64,000 nucleotides of DNA from an uncultured Gemmatimonadales bacterium (GTDB lineage: Bacteria; Gemmatimonadota; Gemmatimonadetes; Gemmatimonadales; GWC2-71-9), in the NCBI GenBank assembly GCA_963842945.1, contig CAWJIM010000003.1, positions 32,001 to 96,000 on the forward strand. Direction: 5' to 3'. Below, one piece after another: positions 13,584-23,113 of the stretch. The notes beneath the pieces are model-generated. The model was not told the DNA's origin. It saw only the letters and a program-made list of their open reading frames with translations, and made no database searches. A program made the translations under genes and the position numbers. The stretch's first letter is position 1. Every line of letters starts with the position of its first letter.

Positions 13584-14732
13584 TCACGCAGCCTGAATCA
13601 TGCCCCGATTCTCGATAGCCTCCCGATAGTCTTCCAGAAGACGATCATACACTTGATCCCAGTTCCGTTCGGCTGCGGTGGCCAGGCCTCCCTGGGCCAG
13701 GCGGTGTCTCAGATCGGGGTCGTGCAGCAAGCGCCGAATTCCCTGCCCGATGGCGGCTGAGCTGTTGGGCGGTACCAACCACGCGTTCTGGCCGTGACGG
13801 GCATACTCCAGCACTCCCGCCGCGTTGGCGGCCACACAGGGAAGCCCGGATCCCATGGCCTCCAGCAGAGAGTTGCCGAAGGTTTCGGTGGGGGAAGGGA
13901 AAACGAACAGGTCTGCGGAGGCATAGGCTTCGGCAAGCCTCTGCTCATGCATCAGGCCGAGCACATGAACCCCGGGTATCTGCCGCCGCCGAATGCTGTC
14001 CTCCAGCGGACCCCGTCCTACCAGGGCCAGCTGAGCCGATCCCCGCTCAGCACCGAGTGAGCTCCAGGCAGTCATGAGCTGCCTCAAATTTTTTTCTCGG
14101 GCTATGCGACCGATGTAGGTGACCAGGAGATCGTCCGGGCCAAGCCCGAGAGCCTTGCGGTAAGCCTCACTGCGAAACCGGGGGTGGAACTCGTCGGGGT
14201 CGACCCCTCGGCTCCAGATGCCGGTATGCATTACCCCGCGGCTCCGGAGGTGCTGCTGATACATGTGGGAGGGACAAAGCACCCGGTAGGCCTGGCCGTA
14301 GAACCAACGCAGATAATGCCACCCCAGCCGTACCGCCCATTCCACCCCATACCGAGCCGCGTACTTGTCGTAATCGGTGTGAGCCGACGCGATCACCGGC
14401 AGCCGGAGCTGGCGAGAGGCCTTGAGACCGGCCAGGCCCACCGCGAACTCGGTGGCTACATGAGCCACATCCGGTTGAAAGGCCCGGAGGTCTTCCACGA
14501 TGTCGCGCTGACGGGGAAATGCCCACTGGACATCAGGATAGAGGAAGAGCGGCACGCTGGGAGAGCGGTGCACCTCAGGGCGATCCGGCTGGCCGGGTGG
14601 GAGTGCGTAACTGGCGGAGTACACCCGGACGACGTGGCCCCGTTGCTGCAGTGCCTTGGTCAGGCGGAGCAGGGTGACGCCGACCCCGCTCACCATGGGC
14701 CAGTAAACCTCGGAAAACAGGGCGATCCGCAT
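13584..14732 (-). CDS. Family 4 glycosyltransferase (MgtA-like)
   Basis: MRIALFSEVYWPMVSGV, GRIAREKN, FVFPSPTETFGNSLLEAMGSGLP. Confidence 0.9.
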   Translation of the reverse strand: MRIALFSEVYWPMVSGVGVTLLRLTKALQQRGHVVRVYSASYALPPGQPDRPEVHRSPSVPLFLYPDVQWAFPRQRDIVEDLRAFQPDVAHVATEFAVGLAGLKASRQLRLPVIASAHTDYDKYAARYGVEWAVRLGWHYLRWFYGQAYRVLCPSHMYQQHLRSRGVMHTGIWSRGVDPDEFHPRFRSEAYRKALGLGPDDLLVTYIGRIAREKNLRQLMTAWSSLGAERGSAQLALVGRGPLEDSIRRRQIPGVHVLGLMHEQRLAEAYASADLFVFPSPTETFGNSLLEAMGSGLPCVAANAAGVLEYARHGQNAWLVPPNSSAAIGQGIRRLLHDPDLRHRLAQGGLATAAERNWDQVYDRLLEDYREAIENRGMIQAA

Positions 14733-14832
14733 GGGAGAAGGCTATGGCACGGCCCGATAAGCGACAAGGTGGCCGGCGACCCGGCCCATACCGCCAATAC
14801 CAAGAGCCCATTGCCTTTTCTAAATTGCGCGC

Positions 14833-15459
14833 ATGAAGATCCGGGAGCCCATCAACGGAGCATCTCATCTCGTGGGCCTTCTGCTCGCGGGGGCCGGCAC
14901 CGTCCTCCTGCTTCGGATGGCACGCGGCCCGGAGCAGCTCGCCGCATTCGCGATCTACGGCGGCACCCTGGTTCTGTTGTACGGGGCCAGCAGTCTGTAT
15001 CACTCACTTCCTCTGTCAGAGCCTCGTCTCCGGGCGCTCCGAACTCTCGACCACATTGCCATCTATTTCCTGATAGCGGGCACCTACACCCCGATTGCGC
15101 TGCTCACCCTGAACAGTCGTTTGGGCTGGGCTCTGCTGGGGGTCGTTTGGCTGATTGCGATGGCGGGGATTCCGTTCAAGCTCTTCTTTCTCGACGCGCC
15201 GGTCTGGGTCTCCACCGCGACGTACCTCGCGATGGGATATCTCGCCCTCGTGGCCGTGATTCCGCTGGCGCGGGCGGTGTCCCTGGGAGGTCTCCTCTGG
15301 CTCGTGGCCGGCGGAGCCGCCTATACTGTCGGCGCCGTCATTTTCAGCTGTCGCCGTCCCGACCCGCTCCCATGGTTCGGGCATCACGAGATCTGGCACA
15401 TCCTGGTACTCATCGGCAGCGCGTGTCACTTCGCCTTCATGCTTTACCACGTGGCCTGA
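14833..15459 (+). CDS. Hemolysin III / PAQR family membrane protein
   Basis: [36 protein letters not shown]. Confidence 0.93.
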   Translation: MKIREPINGASHLVGLLLAGAGTVLLLRMARGPEQLAAFAIYGGTLVLLYGASSLYHSLPLSEPRLRALRTLDHIAIYFLIAGTYTPIALLTLNSRLGWALLGVVWLIAMAGIPFKLFFLDAPVWVSTATYLAMGYLALVAVIPLARAVSLGGLLWLVAGGAAYTVGAVIFSCRRPDPLPWFGHHEIWHILVLIGSACHFAFMLYHVA

Positions 15460-15460
15460 G

Positions 15461-17035
15461 ATGAAAGGACTACAGATTCGCGCGCCGGAGCTTCCCGAGG
15501 CGCGCCAGATCATCACCCCGGAGTCACTGGCTTTTGTCGAGCTACTCGCCCGGCATTTCGGGCCTCGTCGCCTGGCGCTGCTCCACCGCCGGCGGGAGGT
15601 CCAGCGGTGCCTTAGAGGGGGCGAGCTGCCCAACTTCCTGGAAGAGACTCGGGAAATCCGCGAGCGCAGCTGGCAGGTGGCGCCCGCACCAGCGGATCTG
15701 AACGATCGGCGGGTGGAGATCACCGGACCGGTGGAGCGGAAGATGATGATCAACGCGCTCAACTCCGGGGCCAAGGTCTTCATGGCGGATTTCGAGGATG
15801 CGCTCTCTCCGCCGTGGACCAACGTGATTGCCGGCCAGCTCAACTGCATGCAAGCGGTCCGCCGAACCCTGGAATACGCGAGTCCGGAGGGCAAACGGTA
15901 CCATCTGAACGACCAGCTCGCGACGCTGGTGGTGCGGCCGCGCGGCTGGCACCTCGAGGAAAAGCACGCGCTGCTGGACGGCGAGCCCATCTCGGCCAGC
16001 CTGTTCGACTTTGGGCTCTACTTCTTTCACAACGCGCGGGAGCTGCTGGCCCGCGGCAGCGGGCCGTACTTCTACCTGCCCAAGCTGGAGAACCATCTCG
16101 AGGCGCGGCTGTGGAACGAGGTGTTCGATCTGGCGCAGGATGCGCTGGGCATTCCCCGCGGGACAGTGCGAGCGACGGTCCTCATCGAGACGATCCTCGC
16201 GGCCTACGAGATGGATGAGATCCTGTACGAGCTACGGGACCACGCGGCCGGCCTCAACGCGGGCCGGTGGGATTATCTGTTCAGCATCATCAAAAACTTT
16301 CGGGACCGGGCGGACTTCCTGCTGCCCGACCGTTCCCAGCTGACCATGACGATTCCGTTCATGCAGGCGTACACCGAGCTGCTGGTGAAGACCTGTCACC
16401 ACCGGGGAGCTCACGCGATCGGCGGAATGGCAGCGTTCATTCCGAGCCGCCGCGACCCACAGGTGAATGAGACAGCGTTAGCCAAGGTTCGCGAAGACAA
16501 GCTGCGGGAAGCCCGGGCGGGCTACGACGGAGCCTGGGTGGCACATCCCGACCTGGTCCCGGTGGTGGCAGATGTGTTCGAGTCAGTGCTGCAGGGCAAG
16601 CCCCACCAGAAAGAGCGTGAGCGGGATGATGTGGAGGTCACCCGGGAGCAGCTGATCGATGTTCGGATTCCCGGAGGTCGCATTACGGAGTCCGGCCTAC
16701 GCGGAAACCTCAGCGTAGCACTGCAATACCTCGCGGCCTGGCTGGGGGGCTCGGGTGCCGTTGCCATCAACAACCTGATGGAAGACGCGGCAACGGCCGA
16801 GATCTCTCGGTCACAGCTGTGGCAGTGGATTCGCCATGGTGCCACCACCGATGCCGGAGACCGGATCACGCTGGAGTGGTGCCGGACGATCCTGGCCGAG
16901 GAGCGGCAGCGCTTGGAGGCGGAGGGAGGAGATCAGCAGCGGCTCGCCGCGGCGGCCGACCTGCTGGACACGATGTTTTCCGCGCGGGAGTTCCCCGAGT
17001 TTCTCACGCTGGCGGCGTACCAGAGACTGAGCTAA
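15461..17035 (+). CDS. aceB: Malate synthase A
   Basis: [51 protein letters not shown]. Confidence 0.96.
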   Translation: MKGLQIRAPELPEARQIITPESLAFVELLARHFGPRRLALLHRRREVQRCLRGGELPNFLEETREIRERSWQVAPAPADLNDRRVEITGPVERKMMINALNSGAKVFMADFEDALSPPWTNVIAGQLNCMQAVRRTLEYASPEGKRYHLNDQLATLVVRPRGWHLEEKHALLDGEPISASLFDFGLYFFHNARELLARGSGPYFYLPKLENHLEARLWNEVFDLAQDALGIPRGTVRATVLIETILAAYEMDEILYELRDHAAGLNAGRWDYLFSIIKNFRDRADFLLPDRSQLTMTIPFMQAYTELLVKTCHHRGAHAIGGMAAFIPSRRDPQVNETALAKVREDKLREARAGYDGAWVAHPDLVPVVADVFESVLQGKPHQKERERDDVEVTREQLIDVRIPGGRITESGLRGNLSVALQYLAAWLGGSGAVAINNLMEDAATAEISRSQLWQWIRHGATTDAGDRITLEWCRTILAEERQRLEAEGGDQQRLAAAADLLDTMFSAREFPEFLTLAAYQRLS

Positions 17036-17070
17036 GAGCTGGGAGCTACGAGCTTCCAGCTCCTAGCTCT
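17029..17070. repeat. Inverted heptamer tandem array (GAGCTnn), potential hairpin between aceB and tRNA-Asn
   Basis: GAGCTAA GAGCTGG GAGCTAC GAGCT followed by the complementary AGCTCCT AGCTCT. Confidence 0.55.
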
Positions 17071-17071
17071 A

Positions 17072-17144
17072 CTGGGGCGGCTGGGGTCGAACCAGCAACC
17101 TCCCGGTTAACAGCCGGGCGCTCTGCCAATTGAGCTACACCCCA
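17072..17144 (-). tRNA. tRNA-Asn (GTT), CCA not encoded
   Basis: Reverse complement TGGGGTGTAGCTCAATTGGCAGAGCGCCCGGCTGTTAACCGGGAGGTTGCTGGTTCGACCCCAGCCGCCCCAG folds as a cloverleaf with anticodon GTT and T-loop GTTCGA. Confidence 0.97.
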
Positions 17145-17226
17145 AAGTGGTCAAGGCAACGGGGCTGTGACTCTACTTGGGTCGGGCCCACAAGGTCAAG
17201 TGATTCCGGGCCCTGCGTGTAGTCCG

Positions 17227-19507
17227 TCAGCGGATTGGCTGCTCCTCTAGACCCACCCGCAGATCGAAGTCTTCACGAGCAAGACCTCGCGTGACTGGGC
17301 CCCCCTGTCGCTCGGGGATGGGCGCCTCACTCCACCCAGCGGCTTCCAGTACCTCCGCGGTTAGCCGGTTCACGGTATCGGCCTGATCCGGCGTTGTCGC
17401 GTTCGCCGCGGCCAGGTCGAGCCAGGCCAGGCGCTTCCGCAAAGGCATACCGTTCCACCGCGGCATCTCCGGCGATTCGGGCAAAGCGATAGGCGAGCGC
17501 CGGCTCGCCTCCCCGGTCGGCATGCCGGGCGATCTCTCGCGCCATCTCGCCACTGCCGGATGAGGCTGTAAGCCGCTCGAGCGCAAGCGCCAGGCTTCGA
17601 TGAACCTCGCCCCTGCGGGCGTCGCTCAGTCCATCGCGCACCACATGGGCAATGACCGGGTGAGCGCAGCGGTAAGAGCCTCCTTCCTCAACCAGAAGGC
17701 GCCGATCAACCAGGGCGTCGGCCACTCCCGCTGCGTGCAGTCGCGAGATGCCGTGCACGTGCGAGAGCACCTCCGAGCGGCACCCCAAACCGGCCACCGC
17801 GACGGTCATGAGGATTTCCCGCAGCTCGTCAGGGAGTCGTTCGATCCGCTCCGCAATGACATCGTGCACGGTCTGAGAGACGGGAAACTCCCTTCCCTGC
17901 TGGCTCATGGCTTGAGGGGAGACAGTCCACTCGCCGGTCTCATCGTCCACCGCGAGCAGGCCCTGGGCGAACATGGTCTTCAGTAGCTCGATGACGTAGA
18001 ACGGGTTACCAGCGGTCACTCCATAGATCCGATTGGCGAACCGCCTGGCACCCGTCGGCGTGCTCACATGCCCCATCTCATGGATCATCCGCCAGAGCTC
18101 TTCCTCCCTCAGTGGCTGAACCGAAATGACAGTGGCGTGAGATTTGGCCCGCAGGACCCGACACAATCGCACCGAGGGTGCATCTCGTTCTACTTCTCCC
18201 GAGTTCAGGGTACCCAGCCAGAGCACCGGGGCTTCTTCGGTCCGCCGAACCAGGTACCGCAGCAGGTCGCAGCTCTCGCCGTCACACCACTGCATGTCAT
18301 CAATCGAAACAACCAGCGGACGCTCCGCTGCCAGGGCGAGAATTACCTGCGCCACGCCCTCGAACAGCCGCCACGCGGAGGAGCTGTCCACCGGCGGCGA
18401 TAGCTCAGGCAGCGAGGGGAACCGCTGCCGCATTTCCGGCTGCAGGCGAGCCACTTCGGCCAGCCACTCGGGGGGCGCACCGGCCAGTCCCGGCGTGCTG
18501 AGCGCATCGCGCAGCATCTCCATGACCGGCTCGTAGGGAATGCCGGGTTTGGCGTCGTAGCCGTGGCCTCGCAAGACACTGCCGGCATTGGCCACGGCCC
18601 AACGGAGAAACTCTTCGGCCAGACGCGATTTGCCGACGCCGGCCTCCCCCTCGAGCAGCACGATCCTGCTCTGGCCTCGTTTCACTTCTTTCCAGGTTTC
18701 CAGCAGCGATCCCCACTCGTTTTCCCGCCCGATCAGCCTGGCTTCGAAGCTGGGTGCCCGGGCATACCACTCATCCGACATGGGACGAGCATTGATGGGA
18801 GAGACATCGGCTTCGACCCGACGAATAAGGTTGAGCAACCCCCGGCTGGGCTCGCACCCGGTCTCCTGGAGCAGAGTTGCTCGGTACTGCTGGTAGCGTC
18901 CGAGCGCGGCGCCCCGGTCGCCGGCCAGATAGCGCGCCTCGATGGCCAGCCGGACCGCGTCGTCGGAGAGCGGATCACCCGCGAGCCAGCGGTCGGCGAT
19001 CGCGATGGCATCGCGCCAGCGCCACTGGCCCATTGCTTCCCGGGTCAGTGTGCTCAGGGCCTCCTGGTATTGATGCATGAGGCCGCGCCGAGTCTCGGCG
19101 GCCCACTCTTCGAATCGTGGAGAATGACGAATGGAAAAACCCGAGAGGAAGCGCGGAATCTCCGTGGTGAGCGCAAGGGCCGGCTCCTGGGCCGCTCGGC
19201 GGCGAAATTCGCACACCTCGCAATCCAGGGGGCCTTCCAGACCTACACTCGCGCGGCTGATGCGGAGCAGCTCGCCGATCTGACCCCGGAGATGTTTCAG
19301 CGCCTGCCGGAGGGACGCCCGCGCCTCGTCATCGGACGACTCTCCCCAGAGGAGTCCGGCCAATTCCTCGCGGGTGTGAAGTCCGGATTCCAGAGCGAGA
19401 TAGGTGAGAAGGGCGAGCGCCTTGGCGCTGGGCTGCGGCACCAGGCGGCCCGTATCGGCGCGGGCGAGTATCGGTGGACCGAGCAGAGTCAGGCAGACGT
19501 CTGCCAC
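17227..19507 (-). CDS. AfsR/SARP-like transcriptional regulator: winged HTH + BTAD + STAND-type ATPase + short TPR tail (frameshift near 17430)
   Basis: LTLLGPP..KALALLTYLAL..TREELAGLLWGE..ARASLRQAL; BTAD DPLSD..GDRGAAL..Y..L..ETGCEPS; Walker A GEAGVGKS; Walker B IDDMQWCD; TAGNPFY. Confidence 0.9.
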
Positions 19508-19569
19508 CGTAATGGTCCTGTGGGGGATGTTACAACCTGGAGAGGAAAACCCGGACCGGCAAGGGGCCT

Positions 19570-19614
19570 TTCACGATCAATTCACGATCGGTCGTCAAAT
19601 TGTGCTACGATTTC
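19570..19614 (+). promoter_or_regulatory. Putative SARP-type operator/promoter of peptide gene 1
   Basis: TTCACGATC at 19570-19578 and 19581-19589 (11-bp period), then TTGTGC-TACGAT-TTC (extended -10-like); RBS AAGGAGG at 19627-19633. Confidence 0.7.
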
Positions 19615-19640
19615 AACACCCGACCCAAGGAGGTCACATC

Positions 19641-19804
19641 ATGTCAGGCAGCGACACCTTCCGGATCACCCTTACCCCGGAGCAGAAGGAACAGGTGCGT
19701 AAGGCTACCGGGAAAGAGGCGAACACCATCGAGTTGACCGTCGAAGAGTTGGAAGAGCGCATCGCGCCGATGACCCTGGGAAGCGGAGAGCGTACCCCAG
19801 CTGA
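19641..19804 (+). CDS. Small putative precursor peptide 1 (about 54 aa; needs one inserted base in the tail to reach TGA 19802-19804)
   Basis: Strong RBS; MSGSDTFRITLTPEQKEQVRKATGKEANTIELTVEELEERIAP followed by MTLG...PS*; 28/37 residues identical to peptide 2 over the leader. Confidence 0.8.
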
Positions 19805-19806
19805 AA

Positions 19807-19851
19807 TTCACGGAACTTTCACGGAAGCCGTGAAGATTGTGCCATCGTTTC
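19807..19851 (+). promoter_or_regulatory. Putative SARP-type operator/promoter of peptide gene 2
   Basis: TTCACGGAA at 19807-19815 and 19818-19826, then TTGTGC-CATCGT-TTC at exactly the same spacing as in front of peptide 1. Confidence 0.7.
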
Positions 19852-19896
19852 GCCACACCAGTCACATCACGCATAAACACCTTGCCGGAGGACATC

Positions 19897-20037
19897 ATGA
19901 AAGACCAGAAGAATCAGTTCCGCATCGAGCTGACCCCGGACCAGAAGAATCAGGTTCGCCACGCAACCGGCAAGGATGCAGAGGCAGTGGAGCTCTCGGT
20001 TGAAGAGTTGGAGGAGAGGATCGCCCCTGCCAGCTGA
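19897..20037 (+). CDS. Small putative precursor peptide 2 (46 aa)
   Basis: RBS GGAGGA; MKDQKNQFRIELTPDQKNQVRHATGKDAEAVELSVEELEERIAPAS*. Confidence 0.85.
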   Translation: MKDQKNQFRIELTPDQKNQVRHATGKDAEAVELSVEELEERIAPAS

Positions 20038-20067
20038 AGCCGCAAGCCGAGTAGCGGTAATCTGGGT

Positions 20068-20136
20068 GGCCCAAGCCAAGGTATCGGCTTGGGCCCCCGC
20101 CGCCGACCGGTCCGGACCTCAACGGGTCCGGACCGG
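20068..20136 (+). terminator. Two GC-rich hairpins after the peptide genes (stabiliser/attenuator; no U-tract)
   Basis: Perfect stems GGCCCAAGCC/GGCTTGGGCC (20068-20095) and CCGGTCCGGACC/GGTCCGGACCGG (20107-20136). Confidence 0.6.
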
Positions 20137-20196
20137 CCGTCTGGTGCATATGGTTTTCACGCTACAGCTTAGAACGTCCTCACAAGTCCCGATCCC

Positions 20197-22137
20197 ATGC
20201 CGGACATCATCAGCTCCCCCGAAAGCTCCATTGAAGAGCTCCGGGATGAGGTAGCCCGCCTTCGGCTGATCCACGCGATCGGCCTCGAGTTCAGCACGTC
20301 GCTGGACTTCGACGAGCTGCTTCCCCGGATCTTCCATCGCGTGCTGGAGGCGCTCGGCGCCGAGGGTGGGTCCCTCTGGATCGCGGAGGATGAAGAGCTC
20401 TGTTGCCGACTGGCCGAGGGGAGAGCGGGCAAGAAGCTGGTCGGCGCCCGGGTGCCGATCGGCACCGGGTTCGTGGGTGACGTGGCCCAGCGGCCCAGGA
20501 CCACGATCGTGACCCGCGCCGTGGAAGACCCGCGCTACCAGCCGGCCCTCGACTCGGGAGAAGCTCTCGCCACTACCGTCATGGCCACGGCCATGGTATC
20601 CGGCGGGGTCACCGTCGGATCGATTCAGGTAGCCAACAAGGTGACCGGCGATGGCATCTTCGATCAGCGCGACCGGGAGCTGCTCGAGGGACTTGCCGCC
20701 AGTGCAGCCGCTGCCCTCCGCAACGCGCAGCTCCACAGCGTCGAAAGCCGGGCTCGGGACCTGGCGGTCCTGCTGGAGATCAGCCGTGAGATCACCGCCA
20801 CGCTCGACCTCGACCGGGTGCTCCGCTCGGTAGTGAATCTCGCGTCTCAGGCGCTGCCGTTCGACCGCGGAGCAGTGGGTCTATATCAGAAGGGTCAGTG
20901 CGAGATCCGCGCGGTGGCAGGACAGGAGAAAGTCGACCAGGATGACCCCAAGCTGCAGGACCTGATAGCCCGGGCGGCGTGGGCGGCAGGTCATGGAGAG
21001 CAGCTCTATCTCTCCGATCGGACCAACACCGCCTCGGATGCCGAGCGGATGTTCGTCTCGATATTCGGCCCAGACCTGGAGTCGGACGGAGTCGAGAGCG
21101 GGCTCTACCTGCCGCTCAAGGATGAAGAGGGAGTCGTCGGGGTTCTGGTCTTCGAGTCGGGCAAGCCTGACCTCGCCACCGAGAGCCAGCTCGAAGTCGC
21201 GGCCATCCTGGCCAACCAGACCACGGTCGCCCTTCGCAACGCCCAGCTCTACCACGAGGTCCCCATGGTGGACGCGCTGGGAGCGCTCGCCGCCAAGAAG
21301 AAGGCACTGTCTTTCCCTGCCCCGCCGCAAACTGCAGCTGTACCTCGCCGTTGCCCTCGCCGTCCTGGCCGCATTGACCCTGTTCCGCTGGCCCCTTCGG
21401 GTGTCCGGCAGCGGGGCCAGTTTCCGGCCGGTCGCCTATGCTCCGGTCCGAGCGCAGGTAGCCGGCGTGGTCGAGCGGCTGCTGGTTAACGAGGGATCCA
21501 CGGTCTCCCGCGGTGCGCCACTCGCGACGCTGCGCGCCACCGACCTCATGGCCGAGCGCGCGACCACGGCCGCAGACCTGGAAGCGGCGGAGCGCTCCGC
21601 CGCGCTGGCAGCGAGCCGGGGCGATCCGGCAGAGCAGCGGATGCAGCAGATCCGCGGTGAATCGCTGCGCCAGGAGCTGGCGTTGCTGGACGAGGAGGTG
21701 GCGCTCACCACGGTTCGAGCACCAACAGCGGGTATGGTACTCACTCCTCATGTCGGCGAGCAGGTCGGCAGCTCGCTCGAGGAAGGTGATCTGCTGCTGA
21801 CGCTTGGGCCGGACCGACACGCTGGAGCTCGAGTTCGGGATCGATCAAAGAGACATCGCCCGGGTGACGCCGGGACAGACGACCCTGCTGCGGGTGGACG
21901 CGCTGCCGCAGCGCACATTCGACGCACGGGTGACCTCGGTCGGCCTGGTTCCACTCGACAGCGGTTCCACGGTGCACTACCCGGTCCGGGCCGTGGTGGC
22001 CAATCCTCAGGGTCTCTTGAAGCCCCAGATGGCGGCATACGCCAGAGTGCTCACCTCACCGCGAGAGCGCGCTCGATCGAGTGCTCCGAGGGCCGAGCCG
22101 GTGGCTCAGGGTAGCGTGGTGGAAGGTGCGTCCATGA
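20197..22137 (+). CDS. GAF-GAF-TM-HlyD membrane fusion protein (frameshifts near 21320, 21808, 22060)
   Basis: Two GAF domains (SLDFDELL...LRNAQLH; TLDLDRVL...LRNAQLY), TM LYLAVALAVLAALTLF, lipoyl halves VRAQVAGVVERLLVNEGSTV and VRAPTAGMV, coiled hairpin, LLKPQMAAYARV; TGA 22137 overlaps the next ATG. Confidence 0.85.
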
Positions 22138-23113
22138 GATATCTCCCTCTCGCTCGCCGGCCTCGTGGCCTGTGGTCAGCAGCCTGCCGCCCGTCCTCCA
22201 GCACAGGGGACGGAAACTGCGTCACTCACCGCGCAGGCGCCGAATGTCGTCTCGGTGGACACGGTAACGCTTCAGGTCCCGCTCAGACTGCCATCGCAAC
22301 TCTACGTGGAGCACGATGCGGCGGTTTTCGCCCGATCCTCGGGCGTGGTCCAGTCCATTCTGGCCGATCTCGGTAGCCGGGTTCGAGCCGGGCAGTTGCT
22401 GGCGCAACTGGAGACCACGGACCAGGAGATTGCGCTGTCTCAGGCGCGGGAAAAGTTCACCAGCGCCCAACAGACAGTCGAGCGGCAGCGGGCATTGAAG
22501 GTGGCGGGCGTCGTCACCCAGGCCGACTCCGAACGGATCGAGAGCGAATATCGCGAGGCAGTCCTGGATCTGCGGAAGGCCGAACGCGATCTCGATCTGA
22601 CTCACATCACCGCACCATTTGCCGGGATGGATCACCGCCCGCTCGGCGCGGATCCACCGGATGGTCAATTCAGGCGACTCGCTGTTTCGGATTACGGCAA
22701 TGAGTCCGTTACTCGCCGCTATTCGGGTACCCGAGGCTTCCGCAGGGGGAATCCGCATCGGAACCTCGGCTGAGGTGGTGGGCCCGAACGGGGTAACCGT
22801 CTCTGCCCGGGTCATTCGAGCGTCGCCCGTGCTGGACGCGGGGAGCGGCACCCGTGAAATCATCCTGCAACTCGGCGAACAGGCCGCCGGCCTCACCCCG
22901 GGGAACAACGTCACCATTCAGCTGGGGGCAACCCGCCGGCAGGTCGTGGTAGTGCCCCGAACGGCGGTCGCGCAGGACGGCTATGCCCTGATCTGGGATA
23001 ATGAGAAGACGATCCTTCGCCCGGTGACCATCGGCGCCGAGCTGGGCGACGGGAGGGTTGAGGTGCTGAGCGGGCTCGCTGCCGGAGAGAAGGTCGTCCG
23101 GAGCGCGCAATGA
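22134..23113 (+). CDS. RND-type periplasmic adaptor (MFP) lipoprotein (frameshifts near 22155 and 22627)
   Basis: Lipobox LVAC; VFARSSGVV..DLGSRVRAGQLLAQL, ITAPFAG, VEVLSGLAAGEKVV. Confidence 0.88.

Noticed and set aside
15461..17035. Malate synthase without an adjacent isocitrate lyase
   Set aside because: Unlinked aceA/aceB is common, and nothing can be concluded from one window.
19404..20003. 199-aa ORF spanning the peptide region
   Set aside because: It is a read-through of peptide 1 caused by a missing base; it runs across two promoter motifs and the second RBS.
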